A stretch of 64,000 nucleotides of DNA from assembly GCA_019695335.1 (NCBI GenBank), contig JAIBAF010000011.1:13277-77276 (forward strand), in the 5' to 3' direction. A model generated the notes under the pieces. That model was not told the DNA's origin. It ran no database searches and was given only the letters and a program-made list of their open reading frames with translations. The stretch comes from a bacterium (lineage in GTDB: Bacteria; CLD3; SB21). A program made the translations under genes and the position numbers. Positions 7,617-18,269 of this stretch are shown here, one piece after another (position 1 is the stretch's first letter; each line of letters opens with the position of its first letter).

Positions 7617-10586
7617 TTAGAAATTAAATAGTATTCCTATACGAGCCTGACGTGGCGTATCGTATACAAGACCATCATGGCTTATAAGATAATATTGCTG
7701 TACCTGACGTTCATTCAGCGATCTGCCTGCTGCTGTTCCCAAATATCCATCGTCATCAGCATCGCCGGTAGCAGGCCATACTAGCGCAACATTTTTATGA
7801 TCTAGTAAGTTTAAAACCTGCAGATAAACATTAACATTCATCGTATTGGAGATGAAAACCGTTTTGTCAGCTTTAAGATCTAACCGTACCGTCCACGGCT
7901 GATTCTGTGAATTTCTACGCCCCACTGGTTTACCAGCTGGAACACCATTAATCCCAAACGAATTGATATTCACAGGCGTGTACGGAATACCACTTGCTGC
8001 ATTGAATTGGAAATTGACACCAGCGTTATCAAGAATATGATTTCCACCAATCATGGGGCCTTCATCTTTTCCATTACGAATATCCAAATTGGCATTGAAC
8101 GTATGACGTTGATCGAAATTCAAAGGCGCATTTAGCTTAGTGGTTTGAAATCCTAACCAAGCAGCTTGAAAACCGGTAGCTTGTCCTGAACCGCTTCCAC
8201 GAGCTGATTGTAACGTATAGGCCAAACGTCCTTGAATTTTAGAAGTCCGGCGCATTTCAAAGGCAATGTTAACACCTTGAACAACACCTTCATCATAATT
8301 ATTATACAGCACAAGTCCGTTAGGTTGAGATTGAGTGATTCGTACGTTGACAAGGTTTTTAATGTCTTTATAGTAAGCATTCACGTCAATTGAGATTCGA
8401 TCCGTTAACAATCTTCTGATTCCAACTTCATATTGAGTGCTTTCTTCAGCATGCAAATTCGGGTTACCCACGCTTGCCGAAAAAGGCGGTGAAATTGATT
8501 GGCGTTCAAGAAAATCAGGGCTCACATACAAGGCATTAAGATTGGGTTGCTGGAAGAACTTTCCATAACTCATACGGAATTGCGTTTTTTCAGACACAGG
8601 GAAACTAACGCTCAAACGCGGACTAATCTTATTATCGCTCTTCGAATTAGTATAGTCTTCCGGACCAATTGTTCCGGCCCATAAACGATCAACGCCTACA
8701 TCAAACGTATTATTACCATTGAGATCAGTATACTTACCTACATGATCAGGATTGGCCTGTCCTGTAGGATCGCTGAGATCTTTGACACGTTTCACACCGG
8801 CGTTGAATAAGTCATAACGTAAACCGGCACGAAGTACTAATCCTTCAACTTCCATTTTATTTTGTAAGTAACCTGAGAAGGAGATCGGATGAGTAGCACC
8901 GAGAATTTTGTTCTCAAGGTCATCGCTGTTGACTTTTTTCAATTTCTTGTCAGCTGTCACAGTATACCCAATATTATCATTCGCGCCATGTACTGGATCG
9001 GCTGAAAGTTCGCGAAGATTCAATAAGCGAACCGTATGACGGAAAAAGTCAGCTCCAAACTTTAATTGATTTTGTTTGTTGATCTGATTGACATAATTGG
9101 CTTTCACAGCAATGTATGCGTCTTCGCTACGAGTATAGGTTTGGTTCGGACGATCAGGAAAACGCATAAAGTTATCATTGTAATAAGTCGAGAAGCCAGT
9201 ATTATCAGTCGTTGAGTGATCATAATTGGTAATATTCTTGCCGTAATTATCATCATATACATGGAGCTTATTCGAAAAATAGTTAACGCCTAAATCGGCA
9301 AAACTATTAGCATTCAGTGTATAGGTTGCCACCGAGCCTATATTAATATTACTCAAGTCACGGTGCTGTGTATGATCAGGATTGACCGTATAGGTAAGAA
9401 GAAATGCACGACGGTAATTTCTGGTAAGATTACCATTTAGGTCTAAACGGAGTGAGTTTGGAATAACATCGAAAGATAATTTCGATTGAAAGTTAATTCC
9501 TCGATCACTGTTTACGCCATATCCGCTAGAAGTTTTTGGGCGTGCGCCTTTTTTATACTTAATGTTACCATTAGCATCGGTATCAAAAATGACGGTGTCA
9601 ATATCAGCTTCATTTTCACCGCGTATCCCTTCATTTGAAAAACTATATTTCGGATATCCATACACACTGGGCTCAGCATCCGTTATATCTTTTCCTTCAG
9701 CTGAAACATAAAATTTGATCCTGTTGTTTCCAGGAATTAACTGCCCACCGAATCCACCGCTGTATACATCATATCCGTAATACTCATTTTTGTTGAGGGC
9801 AAACATGGCACGGTCATTGACATATTCAAGACTTCCAGAATAGCGTTGACCGCCAGCTTTAGTCGTCACTTGAATAATACCCGATTGATTACGTCCGTAT
9901 TCGGCATCGAATCCACCTGTGATAACTTGTACTTCTTCAACAGAACCGTTTGGAATTGAAGCATTAGAAACCCCAGTTAACAAATTGTTTTGTTGAAAAC
10001 CATCAATATATACACCTGTTTCACTGGGACGACCACCACGTACAAATACTCCGCCCGTTCCACCGTCAACATTACGGCCGCCATTAGTATAAGTATTTGT
10101 AACAATACCCACACCTAAATTTGCTGCCGATTGAAAGCCACGAATCGGTAGATTCTTGATTTCTTCAGACGAAGTTACCGTCATGGTCATCGTCTGATCT
10201 TTTTGGATCAAAGGACGCTCAGCAACAATGATAACTTCTTCGCCACCAAGCGATTCAGGCGATAATTCAAAATCCAAACGTGTCGTAAAATCGGGAAGTA
10301 CACGAACGTTTTGTTTGGTTACTTTGGTATAACCAATCATGCTCGTACTGATAGAATAAACACCAGCGGGAACGTTAATGATACTAAATTCACCGCTTGC
10401 ATTCGTTGCAGCACCCATCGTCGTGCCGTCAAGAATGATATTCACACCCGGGAGAGCATCGCCGGTTTCTTTGTCTTTCACGATACCGGTTATCTTACCG
10501 GTCGTTCCTGAAAACAAATTAGCCGGAAGAGACAGCAGTCCCAAAGCTACCAATAAGGTCAGCTTTTTAATAGTACTTCTGAACAT
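7617..10586 (-). CDS. TonB-dependent outer-membrane receptor with an N-terminal carboxypeptidase-regulatory-like domain
   Basis: Signal peptide MFRSTIKKLTLLVALGLLS (start moved to the internal ATG preceded by AGGAGGA). CarboxypepD_reg-like segment (TGKITGIVKDKETGDALPGVNIILDG...), then a plug region and a long barrel ending in ...RIGILFNF. Confidence 0.75.
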   Translation of the reverse strand: MFRSTIKKLTLLVALGLLSLPANLFSGTTGKITGIVKDKETGDALPGVNIILDGTTMGAATNASGEFSIINVPAGVYSISTSMIGYTKVTKQNVRVLPDFTTRLDFELSPESLGGEEVIIVAERPLIQKDQTMTMTVTSSEEIKNLPIRGFQSAANLGVGIVTNTYTNGGRNVDGGTGGVFVRGGRPSETGVYIDGFQQNNLLTGVSNASIPNGSVEEVQVITGGFDAEYGRNQSGIIQVTTKAGGQRYSGSLEYVNDRAMFALNKNEYYGYDVYSGGFGGQLIPGNNRIKFYVSAEGKDITDAEPSVYGYPKYSFSNEGIRGENEADIDTVIFDTDANGNIKYKKGARPKTSSGYGVNSDRGINFQSKLSFDVIPNSLRLDLNGNLTRNYRRAFLLTYTVNPDHTQHRDLSNINIGSVATYTLNANSFADLGVNYFSNKLHVYDDNYGKNITNYDHSTTDNTGFSTYYNDNFMRFPDRPNQTYTRSEDAYIAVKANYVNQINKQNQLKFGADFFRHTVRLLNLRELSADPVHGANDNIGYTVTADKKLKKVNSDDLENKILGATHPISFSGYLQNKMEVEGLVLRAGLRYDLFNAGVKRVKDLSDPTGQANPDHVGKYTDLNGNNTFDVGVDRLWAGTIGPEDYTNSKSDNKISPRLSVSFPVSEKTQFRMSYGKFFQQPNLNALYVSPDFLERQSISPPFSASVGNPNLHAEESTQYEVGIRRLLTDRISIDVNAYYKDIKNLVNVRITQSQPNGLVLYNNYDEGVVQGVNIAFEMRRTSKIQGRLAYTLQSARGSGSGQATGFQAAWLGFQTTKLNAPLNFDQRHTFNANLDIRNGKDEGPMIGGNHILDNAGVNFQFNAASGIPYTPVNINSFGINGVPAGKPVGRRNSQNQPWTVRLDLKADKTVFISNTMNVNVYLQVLNLLDHKNVALVWPATGDADDDGYLGTAAGRSLNERQVQQYYLISHDGLVYDTPRQARIGILFNF

Positions 10587-10947
10587 AATGTTCCTCCTTC
10601 TGTTAAGAAAAGAAGCGTTAATTAGGTACGAAAACAAAATCGTAACAATTCTAACCATACACCTCCTTGGTAAGTTGAACGTTTTGATGTTTTAAGGGAG
10701 CAATAAACTTTCGTCGAAATACAGAACTTTAAAAAGATAAGATCGGAAAACAGATGTGTTATAAATTAGATGCACTAAGCACGTAGCAAGCTAACTAATT
10801 GAAATTCTTCTTACTATTACCTAAAAGGGTAAATATTTTCATAATTACCCATTGGGGTTATACTAAGATTTTTTGGTTAGTAAAAATTAAGGCTAGCTGT
10901 AAAGGCTTGTTGGATAAGGATTGACGAGGAGTTTAAATAAAAATAAA

Positions 10948-10985
10948 AAACTCCCGATGTTTTGCATCGGGAGTTAATAACCTAA
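10948..10985 (-). terminator. Rho-independent terminator downstream of the response-regulator gene
   Basis: CTCCCGATG ttttg CATCGGGAG with a T-run when read on the minus strand. Confidence 0.5.
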
Positions 10986-11003
10986 ACGGGTTATATGCTT
11001 GGT

Positions 11004-11621
11004 TTAAACTAATTTTTCCTTCAAAGCTTTTGCAACGGCTTCGGATTTTGAATGAACTTCAAGCTTTTTGTAAATACTCTTTAGATGTCTTCTGACAGTT
11101 TCTTCACTAATAAATAGAATATCTGCAATCATTTTGTAGCTTTTGCCAGTACACAATTGTTGTAAAACTTCAGTCTCACGCTGCGTCAGTAACGTATGTG
11201 TTTTTTTCTGAAAAGAGTGAACTACCATGCGTGCAATTTGTGTACTCATGGGTGCGCCGCCGTCTGCAACATCTTTGATCGCATCCAAAATTCGTGCGGT
11301 GGGAGTGTCTTTAACCAAATACCCGCAAGCACCTGCGCAGAGCGCATCGAAAACGTATTCATCATTTTCATGGACCGTTAATACAATAACATCCATGTCG
11401 GGAAGTTTTTCTTTAATTTTCTTAATACCTTCAATGCCCGACATATCCGGAAGCCCAATGTCCATTAACACAACATTCGGCGGATCTTTTATGACGCCGG
11501 CGATCCCTGTAGCGCAATCATTGTACGTATGCGTGCACTTGAACTGCAGTGTACTGTTAATCAACATAGCCAAGCTTTGGCATATGTCTTTGTCGTCTTC
11601 GACAATGGATACAGTTATCAT
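11004..11621 (-). CDS. Two-component response regulator, NarL/FixJ (LuxR-type HTH) family
   Basis: REC domain with acidic pocket (IVEDD...VLMDIGLPDMSG). C-terminal LuxR HTH (LTQRETEVLQQLCTGKSYKMIADILFISEETVRRHLKSIYKKL). Confidence 0.85.
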   Translation of the reverse strand: MITVSIVEDDKDICQSLAMLINSTLQFKCTHTYNDCATGIAGVIKDPPNVVLMDIGLPDMSGIEGIKKIKEKLPDMDVIVLTVHENDEYVFDALCAGACGYLVKDTPTARILDAIKDVADGGAPMSTQIARMVVHSFQKKTHTLLTQRETEVLQQLCTGKSYKMIADILFISEETVRRHLKSIYKKLEVHSKSEAVAKALKEKLV

Positions 11622-11646
11622 ATTTTTTTCCTGCTTGGTTTAGAAA

Positions 11647-14600
11647 TCAATTGAACTCGGTGGGCAATGATCCGGAAAAAGTAACGATGGTGCCGTGTTC
11701 TCCGGATTGTATATCTAAAAAACCATTGATCTTTTGTGCACGATTGTGCATGCTCATCAACCCCTGACCAGCCGAACCATTGTGAGCATTAAAACCCGTA
11801 CCGTCGTCTTTTAAAGATACAATAATCCCTGAATAATTCAACTTAAATTCCAATTGGACGTTGTGACACTGAGCATGCTTCAGAATGTTGGTCATGGCCT
11901 CCTTAAAGATCAGGGTCAAATGTCTCCGCCAGTCCATGGATAAACGCAAATGAGCCATATCCTGATTCAAGCCGTTCACGCGGAAAGCAACTCCCGTACG
12001 CTCAAACAGTTCGTCGCCAAAATCCTTGATTCGGACGGCAACATCGTACAAAGAATCTCTTTCCGGATTCAGCGTCCACAGAAAATCACGCATCCCGATC
12101 GACAACGTTTTGGACGTGTCTATGATCTTGTTCATCGATTCCACGCTCTCAGCCGTTGCTTCCTTCAATTCTTTTTTCATAACTTCCGTAAGCAGCGCGA
12201 TTTTGGTTAATTTGTGCCCGAATTCATCGTGAAAATCATCGGCAGCTTTTTTCCGAATACGTTCGCTTTCCAGTACCCGTACGCGCTCCAATTCCAACAT
12301 GTGCGCAATACGCTGGCGAACCCTGTATTCGTGAGAAACCACCAATAACAATACGATCAGACCAACGGCCAAGCCGTAAAACCACCACGTTCGCCAGAAT
12401 GGCGGCGTAATCGTAATCGCGATCGAAGCTCCAACCTCATTCCATACTTGATCGTTATTAGAGCCTCGTACTCTGAATACATAATCGCCAGGACTTAAAT
12501 TGGTATAACTCGCATAACGCCGTAAACCGCTATGGACCCAATCCTCATCGAATCCTTCTAATTTATAGACATATTGATTTTTAGCCGGTAAAGTATAATC
12601 CAAAGCCACGAATTCAAACGAAAAGAAATTGTCCTGATACGATAATTCGATCACATCCATATCTGAAACGGGTTTATTAAATTTAACACGTTTGTCAAAT
12701 TTATTGAATGCCGTAATTACAATAGGCGGTACGTAAGGATTGTCTTTCATTTCATCGGGATAAAAACTGTTAAATCCATTAATGCCCCCAAAAAACATCT
12801 CGCTGGCTCGCGTTTTATACACTGCTCCCTGATTGAATTCATTACTCTGTAAACCGTCGGCAATATCGTAATTTTTGTGACTTTTGGTAATTGGATTAAA
12901 TTTCGATAAGCCGTTATTAGTACTCAACCACAAATTGCCGTCGTTATCATCCAGAATCCCGTAAATGACATTATTAGGAATACCGTCCTCTTCCGTAAAG
13001 CGCACAAACGTCTCCGTTTCCCGATTAAAACGGTTGAGTCCTCCTCCATACGTTCCGATCCAAATTTGCTTATTCAAATCTTCGTATATATTCATCACAG
13101 CATTGTGGCTCAAACTAGTAGGATCATGAAGGATCCGCTTGAACTGCTTGAAATCATCTTGCGAGCGATTAAATCGATTCAATCCGTTGCGCGTGCCGAT
13201 CCACAAAGTTCCGGCGTGATCTTCAAAAATCGTTGTCACCGATGCGCCGCTCAATGATGTGCTATCTTTCGGATCGAATAGATAACGTTTAAATGTATTG
13301 GTAGAACGATCAAATCGATTTAAACCTAAGGATGTACCAACCCAAATAACATGTTGGTGATCTTGATATACGCTGGTTACATAATCCGAAGAAAGCGACT
13401 GAGGATCATTAGAATTATACCGGTAAGATATCACGCGTTTGGATTTCGGATCGATTTTGTCTAAACTGCGCGGCCTTGCGGCCCACAAAAAACCTTCATT
13501 ATCTTCGATGATCCTCAAATAAAGTCCTCCCGAATCGTCTTTCATTAAGGGCTTGAACGATTCATCCGAACGATCAAATTGACATAAACCTTCGTCCGTT
13601 CCAACCCATAATGTACCTTCACGATCTTCACAAAATGACCACACAGTATTACCTGTCAAGCTTTTCGGATCGGTTGGATCGTGCTTGTAATGTTTAAACC
13701 TGTCTCGAAAACGATTGAGATTGCTCAACCCACCCAACTCCGTTCCAATCCATAGAGTACCCGTACGATCTTCATAAATGGATAAAACCGTATTATGACT
13801 AAGACTGCGGACGTCGGCCTGACTATATAAATAATGTTTGAACGACTGCCGTTTCGCATCCAAGCGGTTAAGTCCGTTATTAGTACCAATCCACAAAATA
13901 CCGAAATTATCTTCGATGATGCTGTTAATATTATTGGAACTTAAACTGGCATAATTTTTAAGATCATGAAAATACCGCGTAAATTGACCTGTGTCTTTGT
14001 CAAAACGGTTAAGTCCAGCATTCTCGGTTCCAATCCAAATAGTACCGGTATTATCTTCACACAATGCCGTAATGGAATTACCGCTGATCCCTCGCAGATT
14101 TCCAGAATTGTATTCATAGCGTGCCATCTGTTGTTTGTCCCGATCAAGACAAATCAAACCGTTGCCCGTAGCAATCCACGTATATCCGCTTTTATCCAAT
14201 AACAACGCCCTGATAGGTCCGAGATGGCGTGCTTTATCCGTATCACAAAAATAACGTTTGAATGCCCCCGTTTTCGGATCAAAACTGTGTAACCCAATAT
14301 TTGTACCAATCCATAAAATACCATATTGATCCTGAGCGATCGACGATACAAAGTTGCCGTTAATCGAAGTGGAATCCGACGGATCGTGGCGATAGTGGGT
14401 AAAATTATCATGATTGACATCGAATCGGTTAAGACCTTCATTCGTGCCAACCCAAAGTACTCCGTCATTGTCCTCATAAAGCGCACTGATTAAATCATTA
14501 GAAAGTGAGGTGGAATCCATCGGATTGTGCTTGTATATCGTCAGGGAATATCCATCATACCGGTTCAAACCATTGGCTGTACCAAACCACATAAATCCTT

Positions 14601-14748
14601 TGCGATCCTGCAAAATACAACGCACCGTGCTTTGCGATAAACCGTCATCAATTCCAAGCCTTTGAAAATGAAAATTATGACGCTGAGCAATGACTGCTGA
14701 ATTCAGAACGAATAAAAGACAAAACGATGTGAATCGTAAATACGACAT
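11647..14748 (-). CDS. Sensor histidine kinase with a periplasmic two-component-regulator beta-propeller plus Y_Y_Y domain
   Basis: Repeated propeller motifs (WIGT/WVGT..GLNRFD) at least 12 times, a TM segment, a HisKA_3-like H-box (FHDEFGHKLT) and a HATPase_c (DDGTGFN...GQGLMSMHNRA). Confidence 0.8.
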   Translation of the reverse strand: MSYLRFTSFCLLFVLNSAVIAQRHNFHFQRLGIDDGLSQSTVRCILQDRKGFMWFGTANGLNRYDGYSLTIYKHNPMDSTSLSNDLISALYEDNDGVLWVGTNEGLNRFDVNHDNFTHYRHDPSDSTSINGNFVSSIAQDQYGILWIGTNIGLHSFDPKTGAFKRYFCDTDKARHLGPIRALLLDKSGYTWIATGNGLICLDRDKQQMARYEYNSGNLRGISGNSITALCEDNTGTIWIGTENAGLNRFDKDTGQFTRYFHDLKNYASLSSNNINSIIEDNFGILWIGTNNGLNRLDAKRQSFKHYLYSQADVRSLSHNTVLSIYEDRTGTLWIGTELGGLSNLNRFRDRFKHYKHDPTDPKSLTGNTVWSFCEDREGTLWVGTDEGLCQFDRSDESFKPLMKDDSGGLYLRIIEDNEGFLWAARPRSLDKIDPKSKRVISYRYNSNDPQSLSSDYVTSVYQDHQHVIWVGTSLGLNRFDRSTNTFKRYLFDPKDSTSLSGASVTTIFEDHAGTLWIGTRNGLNRFNRSQDDFKQFKRILHDPTSLSHNAVMNIYEDLNKQIWIGTYGGGLNRFNRETETFVRFTEEDGIPNNVIYGILDDNDGNLWLSTNNGLSKFNPITKSHKNYDIADGLQSNEFNQGAVYKTRASEMFFGGINGFNSFYPDEMKDNPYVPPIVITAFNKFDKRVKFNKPVSDMDVIELSYQDNFFSFEFVALDYTLPAKNQYVYKLEGFDEDWVHSGLRRYASYTNLSPGDYVFRVRGSNNDQVWNEVGASIAITITPPFWRTWWFYGLAVGLIVLLLVVSHEYRVRQRIAHMLELERVRVLESERIRKKAADDFHDEFGHKLTKIALLTEVMKKELKEATAESVESMNKIIDTSKTLSIGMRDFLWTLNPERDSLYDVAVRIKDFGDELFERTGVAFRVNGLNQDMAHLRLSMDWRRHLTLIFKEAMTNILKHAQCHNVQLEFKLNYSGIIVSLKDDGTGFNAHNGSAGQGLMSMHNRAQKINGFLDIQSGEHGTIVTFSGSLPTEFN

Positions 14749-14831
14749 AAAATTAGGAAAGGAATAATGTTTATCGAAAGGTTCGAGTCGTTGAAGTCTA
14801 ATCTAATATAATTCTGAGCGGTTCGCAAATT

Positions 14832-17800
14832 TTATCGGGCAGCGATTTTCAGATGGCCACGCCCGAGCAACTTGTGTAATTGATAAATCAGGTCATGATT
14901 GGGAACGATGCGGAACTTTTTGATTTTGTAGTTGGCAACGGCATTTTTTTCAGGCAAATCGACACACAGTTGAATATCGCATGGATTTGTACCCGGATTA
15001 TTTACTTGTTGGCTTTTTTGAAGTGTTTGAATAATTGAATCCATCAGACCGTTGCCAAGCTGATGGAGTTGCACGTGAATGTAAATCTTACCGGTAAATC
15101 GTTCGAAAGCATCTTCAATTGGAAAAAGTTGATCGCATAAAATTCCTGGCACGTCGTTGCGGATAGAGATTTTACCGGTTACCATGACGACATTTTCTTT
15201 TTTAAGTAACGGCGCTATGTCTTTCATGACGCTTGCAAATACGACCACTTCGATCGTTCCGCCAAATCCTTCCAGTTTAACAAAGGCCATCGGATTGCCT
15301 TTTTTGTCGAAAATCTGACGGAGATCGGCGATCATACCGCCGACACGAATTTCTGAACCTTCACGTAAATCAATTTCTTCGCCGATCCTGATCATCGAGA
15401 ATGTATCAATTTCCGCGCGGTATTTATCCAACGGATGTCCCGACGCATAAAAACCTAATAATTCTTTTTCTTTGGCAAGCGCTTCCCCATGCGACCAGCG
15501 TGGAATTTCCGGCAACGGTATTGAAGTAAGTTGCTTTTTCTGCTCACCACTCACCGATCCGAAAATATCAACCTGATCGCTGTTGGCCGATTCTTGAGCA
15601 TTTGAACCAAACGATAAAGCTTTTTCGATAACATCGAAAAGCTGTGCCCGATGCCCCTGCAATGAATCGCATGCTCCGGACATTACAAGACTTTCCAGAA
15701 CTTTTTTGTTGACCAATCGCAGATCGGCATGTTCGCATAAATCAAAAATTGTTTTGAATTTCCCAAATTTTTCACGGGCAGATATGATCGATTCAATAGC
15801 CCCTAGCCCGACATTCTTGACGGCACCTAAACCGAATCGGATTGAATTATCTTTGACGTCGAATTCCGCTAAGCTTTCATTGACGTCGGGAGGTAAGACG
15901 TCGATGCCGATGTCACCGCAGGCATTGATCAAAACGGAAATACGGTCGGTATTCGCCATTTCGCTGGATAACACCGCCGCCATAAATTCCGCCGGATAAT
16001 GCGATTTCAGATAGGCCGTTTGATACGCCAACACCGAATACGCGGCCGAATGCGACTTATTAAACGCATAATTCGAAAAGGGAACCAAAATATCGAAAAT
16101 TTTCTCGGCCAATTCCTTTGTGTAGCTGTTGGCAACAGCGCCGTTGATCCAGTCGGGACGAACTTTATCCAATTCTTCGGGCTTCTTTTTCGCCATGATG
16201 CGCCGTACTACGTCGGCTTTGCCAAGAGAAAAACCGGCCAAAACTTGAGCCACTTGCATCACTTGCTCCTGGTACACGATGACGCCGTAAGTGTTTTTCA
16301 AGATCGGCTCAAGATTGACGTGAAAACAGTCGATCGGCTCTCGTCCATGTTTACGATTGATAAACGTTTTGATAAAATCCATCGGGCCAGGACGATATAG
16401 CGCATTCATCGCGATCAGATCTTCGATACTCGTAGGCTTGAGTTGTTTCATATATTCCGTCATGCCCTGCGATTCAAACTGGAATATGCCGACAGTTTCA
16501 CCGTTCCAGAAAAGATCGAATACTTTTTTGTCATCGAGCGGAATCGCATCCATATCAAGATTGATTCCGTAATTTTTCTGGATATGCCGCAACGTATCAT
16601 CAATAATAGTAAGTGTCGTTAACCCGAGAAAATCCATTTTCAACAGGCCGATTTTCTCGACCCAATCTTTATCAAATTGTGTTGCAATTTCGTCTTTGGC
16701 GGATTTATAGACCGGTACAAATTTTTTGATCGCATCGGGCGTAATGACGACTCCGGCGGCGTGAATACCGGGTTGTCTGACCAAACCTTCAAGCCGAAGG
16801 GCATTGCGGATAAGCTGGCTCATCTTTTCGTCATTACTCTTTTCCAGCGCTTTCATTTCGGGAACTTCATCCAGCGCTTGTTTGAGCGTGATCCCGAGTT
16901 TTCTGGGCACCATTTTGGCGATCCGATCGGCGTCGGACAATGCAATGTTCAGCGCTCGCGCCACGTCGCGTAATACACCGCGAGCGGCCATCGTGCCGAA
17001 CGTTATAATTTGTGCAACGTTGTCTTTACCGTATTTGTTAATGACGTATTCTATGACGCGCCCGCGATTGCGATCGTCAAAATCAATATCAATATCGGGC
17101 ATTGAAATACGTTCGGGATTCAAAAAACGCTCGAAAAGCAACTGATATTTGATCGGATCAACATTAGTAATGCCGATGGCATACGATACGAGGCTTCCTG
17201 CAGCAGAACCGCGGCCCGGGCCAACCGATACACCGATCTCTTTGGCCGAATTAATAAAATCCTGAACAATCAGAAAATATCCCGGAAAATCCATTTTAGT
17301 AATCATGTCCAATTCATATTGCAAACGCTTTCCGATATCCATCGAATAGTCCGGCATTTTCTTTTTCAAACCTTCGTATGCAAGATGGCGTAAATAGTCA
17401 TCCTGCGAAGCAAAACCTTCCGGTAATGTATACCGCGGTAATTGGGACTGACCGAACTCCATTTTAAATGAAATTTTTTCAGTCAAAGCGAGAGTATTGT
17501 CGATAGCGGAAGGAATATCTTTAAAAAGATTTTTCATCTCATCGGAAGTTCGGAAATAAAACGTATCGCCGGGATACTTAGGCCGCGTAACGTCATTAAT
17601 CGTTTTACCGGATTGAATGCACAACAAAACTTCATGCGCCGAAGCATCAGCGGCTTCCATGTAATGAATGTCGTTGGTCGCAATTAAAGGAATTCCCAAT
17701 TCTTCCGAAAGCCGGATCATCCCTTCATTCACTATTTGATCGGCTTTCAAACCGTGTCTCTGAATTTCCAGGTAAAAATCACCGCTGAAAATTTCGATAT

Positions 17801-18269
17801 ATTCTTTGGCAATCTTTTTTGCCTCATCGTAACGGCCATGCAGCAGCGCTTGCGGAATTTCGCCTTTCAAACACGCTGACGTTCCAATTAATCCTTTTGC
17901 ATATTGGCGAATACAATTTTTATCAATGCGCGGTTTGTAATAAAAGCCGTCCAGGTATCCCTGAGAAGCCAATACCATCAGATTGGAATATCCATTCTGA
18001 TCTTTAGCCAGCAATACGAGGTGATAAATCAGTTTACTTTTTTCAAGCCGGTTGGGTGCAAGATAAGCTTCCATGCCGATGATCGGCTTAATTTTGGCGC
18101 TCTTCGCTGCATTGAAAAACTCAGCCGCGCCGAATAGATTACCATAATCCGTCAAAGCCAGCGCCGGCATTTGATCTTTCGCGGCCGCTTCAATCAAATC
18201 ATCAATACGGCAGCAACTGTCCAGTAAGCTATAATGAGAATGATTATGGAGATGAACAAAATCAGGCAT
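14832..18269 (-). CDS. dnaE: DNA polymerase III alpha subunit
   Basis: PHP domain N-terminus MPDFVHLHNHSHYSLLDS, 1145 aa, conserved polymerase core motifs. Confidence 0.95.
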   Translation of the reverse strand: MPDFVHLHNHSHYSLLDSCCRIDDLIEAAAKDQMPALALTDYGNLFGAAEFFNAAKSAKIKPIIGMEAYLAPNRLEKSKLIYHLVLLAKDQNGYSNLMVLASQGYLDGFYYKPRIDKNCIRQYAKGLIGTSACLKGEIPQALLHGRYDEAKKIAKEYIEIFSGDFYLEIQRHGLKADQIVNEGMIRLSEELGIPLIATNDIHYMEAADASAHEVLLCIQSGKTINDVTRPKYPGDTFYFRTSDEMKNLFKDIPSAIDNTLALTEKISFKMEFGQSQLPRYTLPEGFASQDDYLRHLAYEGLKKKMPDYSMDIGKRLQYELDMITKMDFPGYFLIVQDFINSAKEIGVSVGPGRGSAAGSLVSYAIGITNVDPIKYQLLFERFLNPERISMPDIDIDFDDRNRGRVIEYVINKYGKDNVAQIITFGTMAARGVLRDVARALNIALSDADRIAKMVPRKLGITLKQALDEVPEMKALEKSNDEKMSQLIRNALRLEGLVRQPGIHAAGVVITPDAIKKFVPVYKSAKDEIATQFDKDWVEKIGLLKMDFLGLTTLTIIDDTLRHIQKNYGINLDMDAIPLDDKKVFDLFWNGETVGIFQFESQGMTEYMKQLKPTSIEDLIAMNALYRPGPMDFIKTFINRKHGREPIDCFHVNLEPILKNTYGVIVYQEQVMQVAQVLAGFSLGKADVVRRIMAKKKPEELDKVRPDWINGAVANSYTKELAEKIFDILVPFSNYAFNKSHSAAYSVLAYQTAYLKSHYPAEFMAAVLSSEMANTDRISVLINACGDIGIDVLPPDVNESLAEFDVKDNSIRFGLGAVKNVGLGAIESIISAREKFGKFKTIFDLCEHADLRLVNKKVLESLVMSGACDSLQGHRAQLFDVIEKALSFGSNAQESANSDQVDIFGSVSGEQKKQLTSIPLPEIPRWSHGEALAKEKELLGFYASGHPLDKYRAEIDTFSMIRIGEEIDLREGSEIRVGGMIADLRQIFDKKGNPMAFVKLEGFGGTIEVVVFASVMKDIAPLLKKENVVMVTGKISIRNDVPGILCDQLFPIEDAFERFTGKIYIHVQLHQLGNGLMDSIIQTLQKSQQVNNPGTNPCDIQLCVDLPEKNAVANYKIKKFRIVPNHDLIYQLHKLLGRGHLKIAAR

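Noticed and set aside
10587-10658. Upstream extension of the TonB receptor ORF (MVRIVTILFSYLINASFLNRRRNI...)
   Set aside because: The extension lacks a signal peptide. The internal Met is preceded by AGGAGGA and starts a typical signal peptide.
15706-17145. Multiple 70-130-aa plus-strand ORFs inside dnaE (15706..15999, 15999..16400, 16357..16572, 16677..16973, 16804..17145)
   Set aside because: They are antisense to a highly conserved essential gene, have low-complexity or Arg-rich compositions, and have no RBS. They are spurious.
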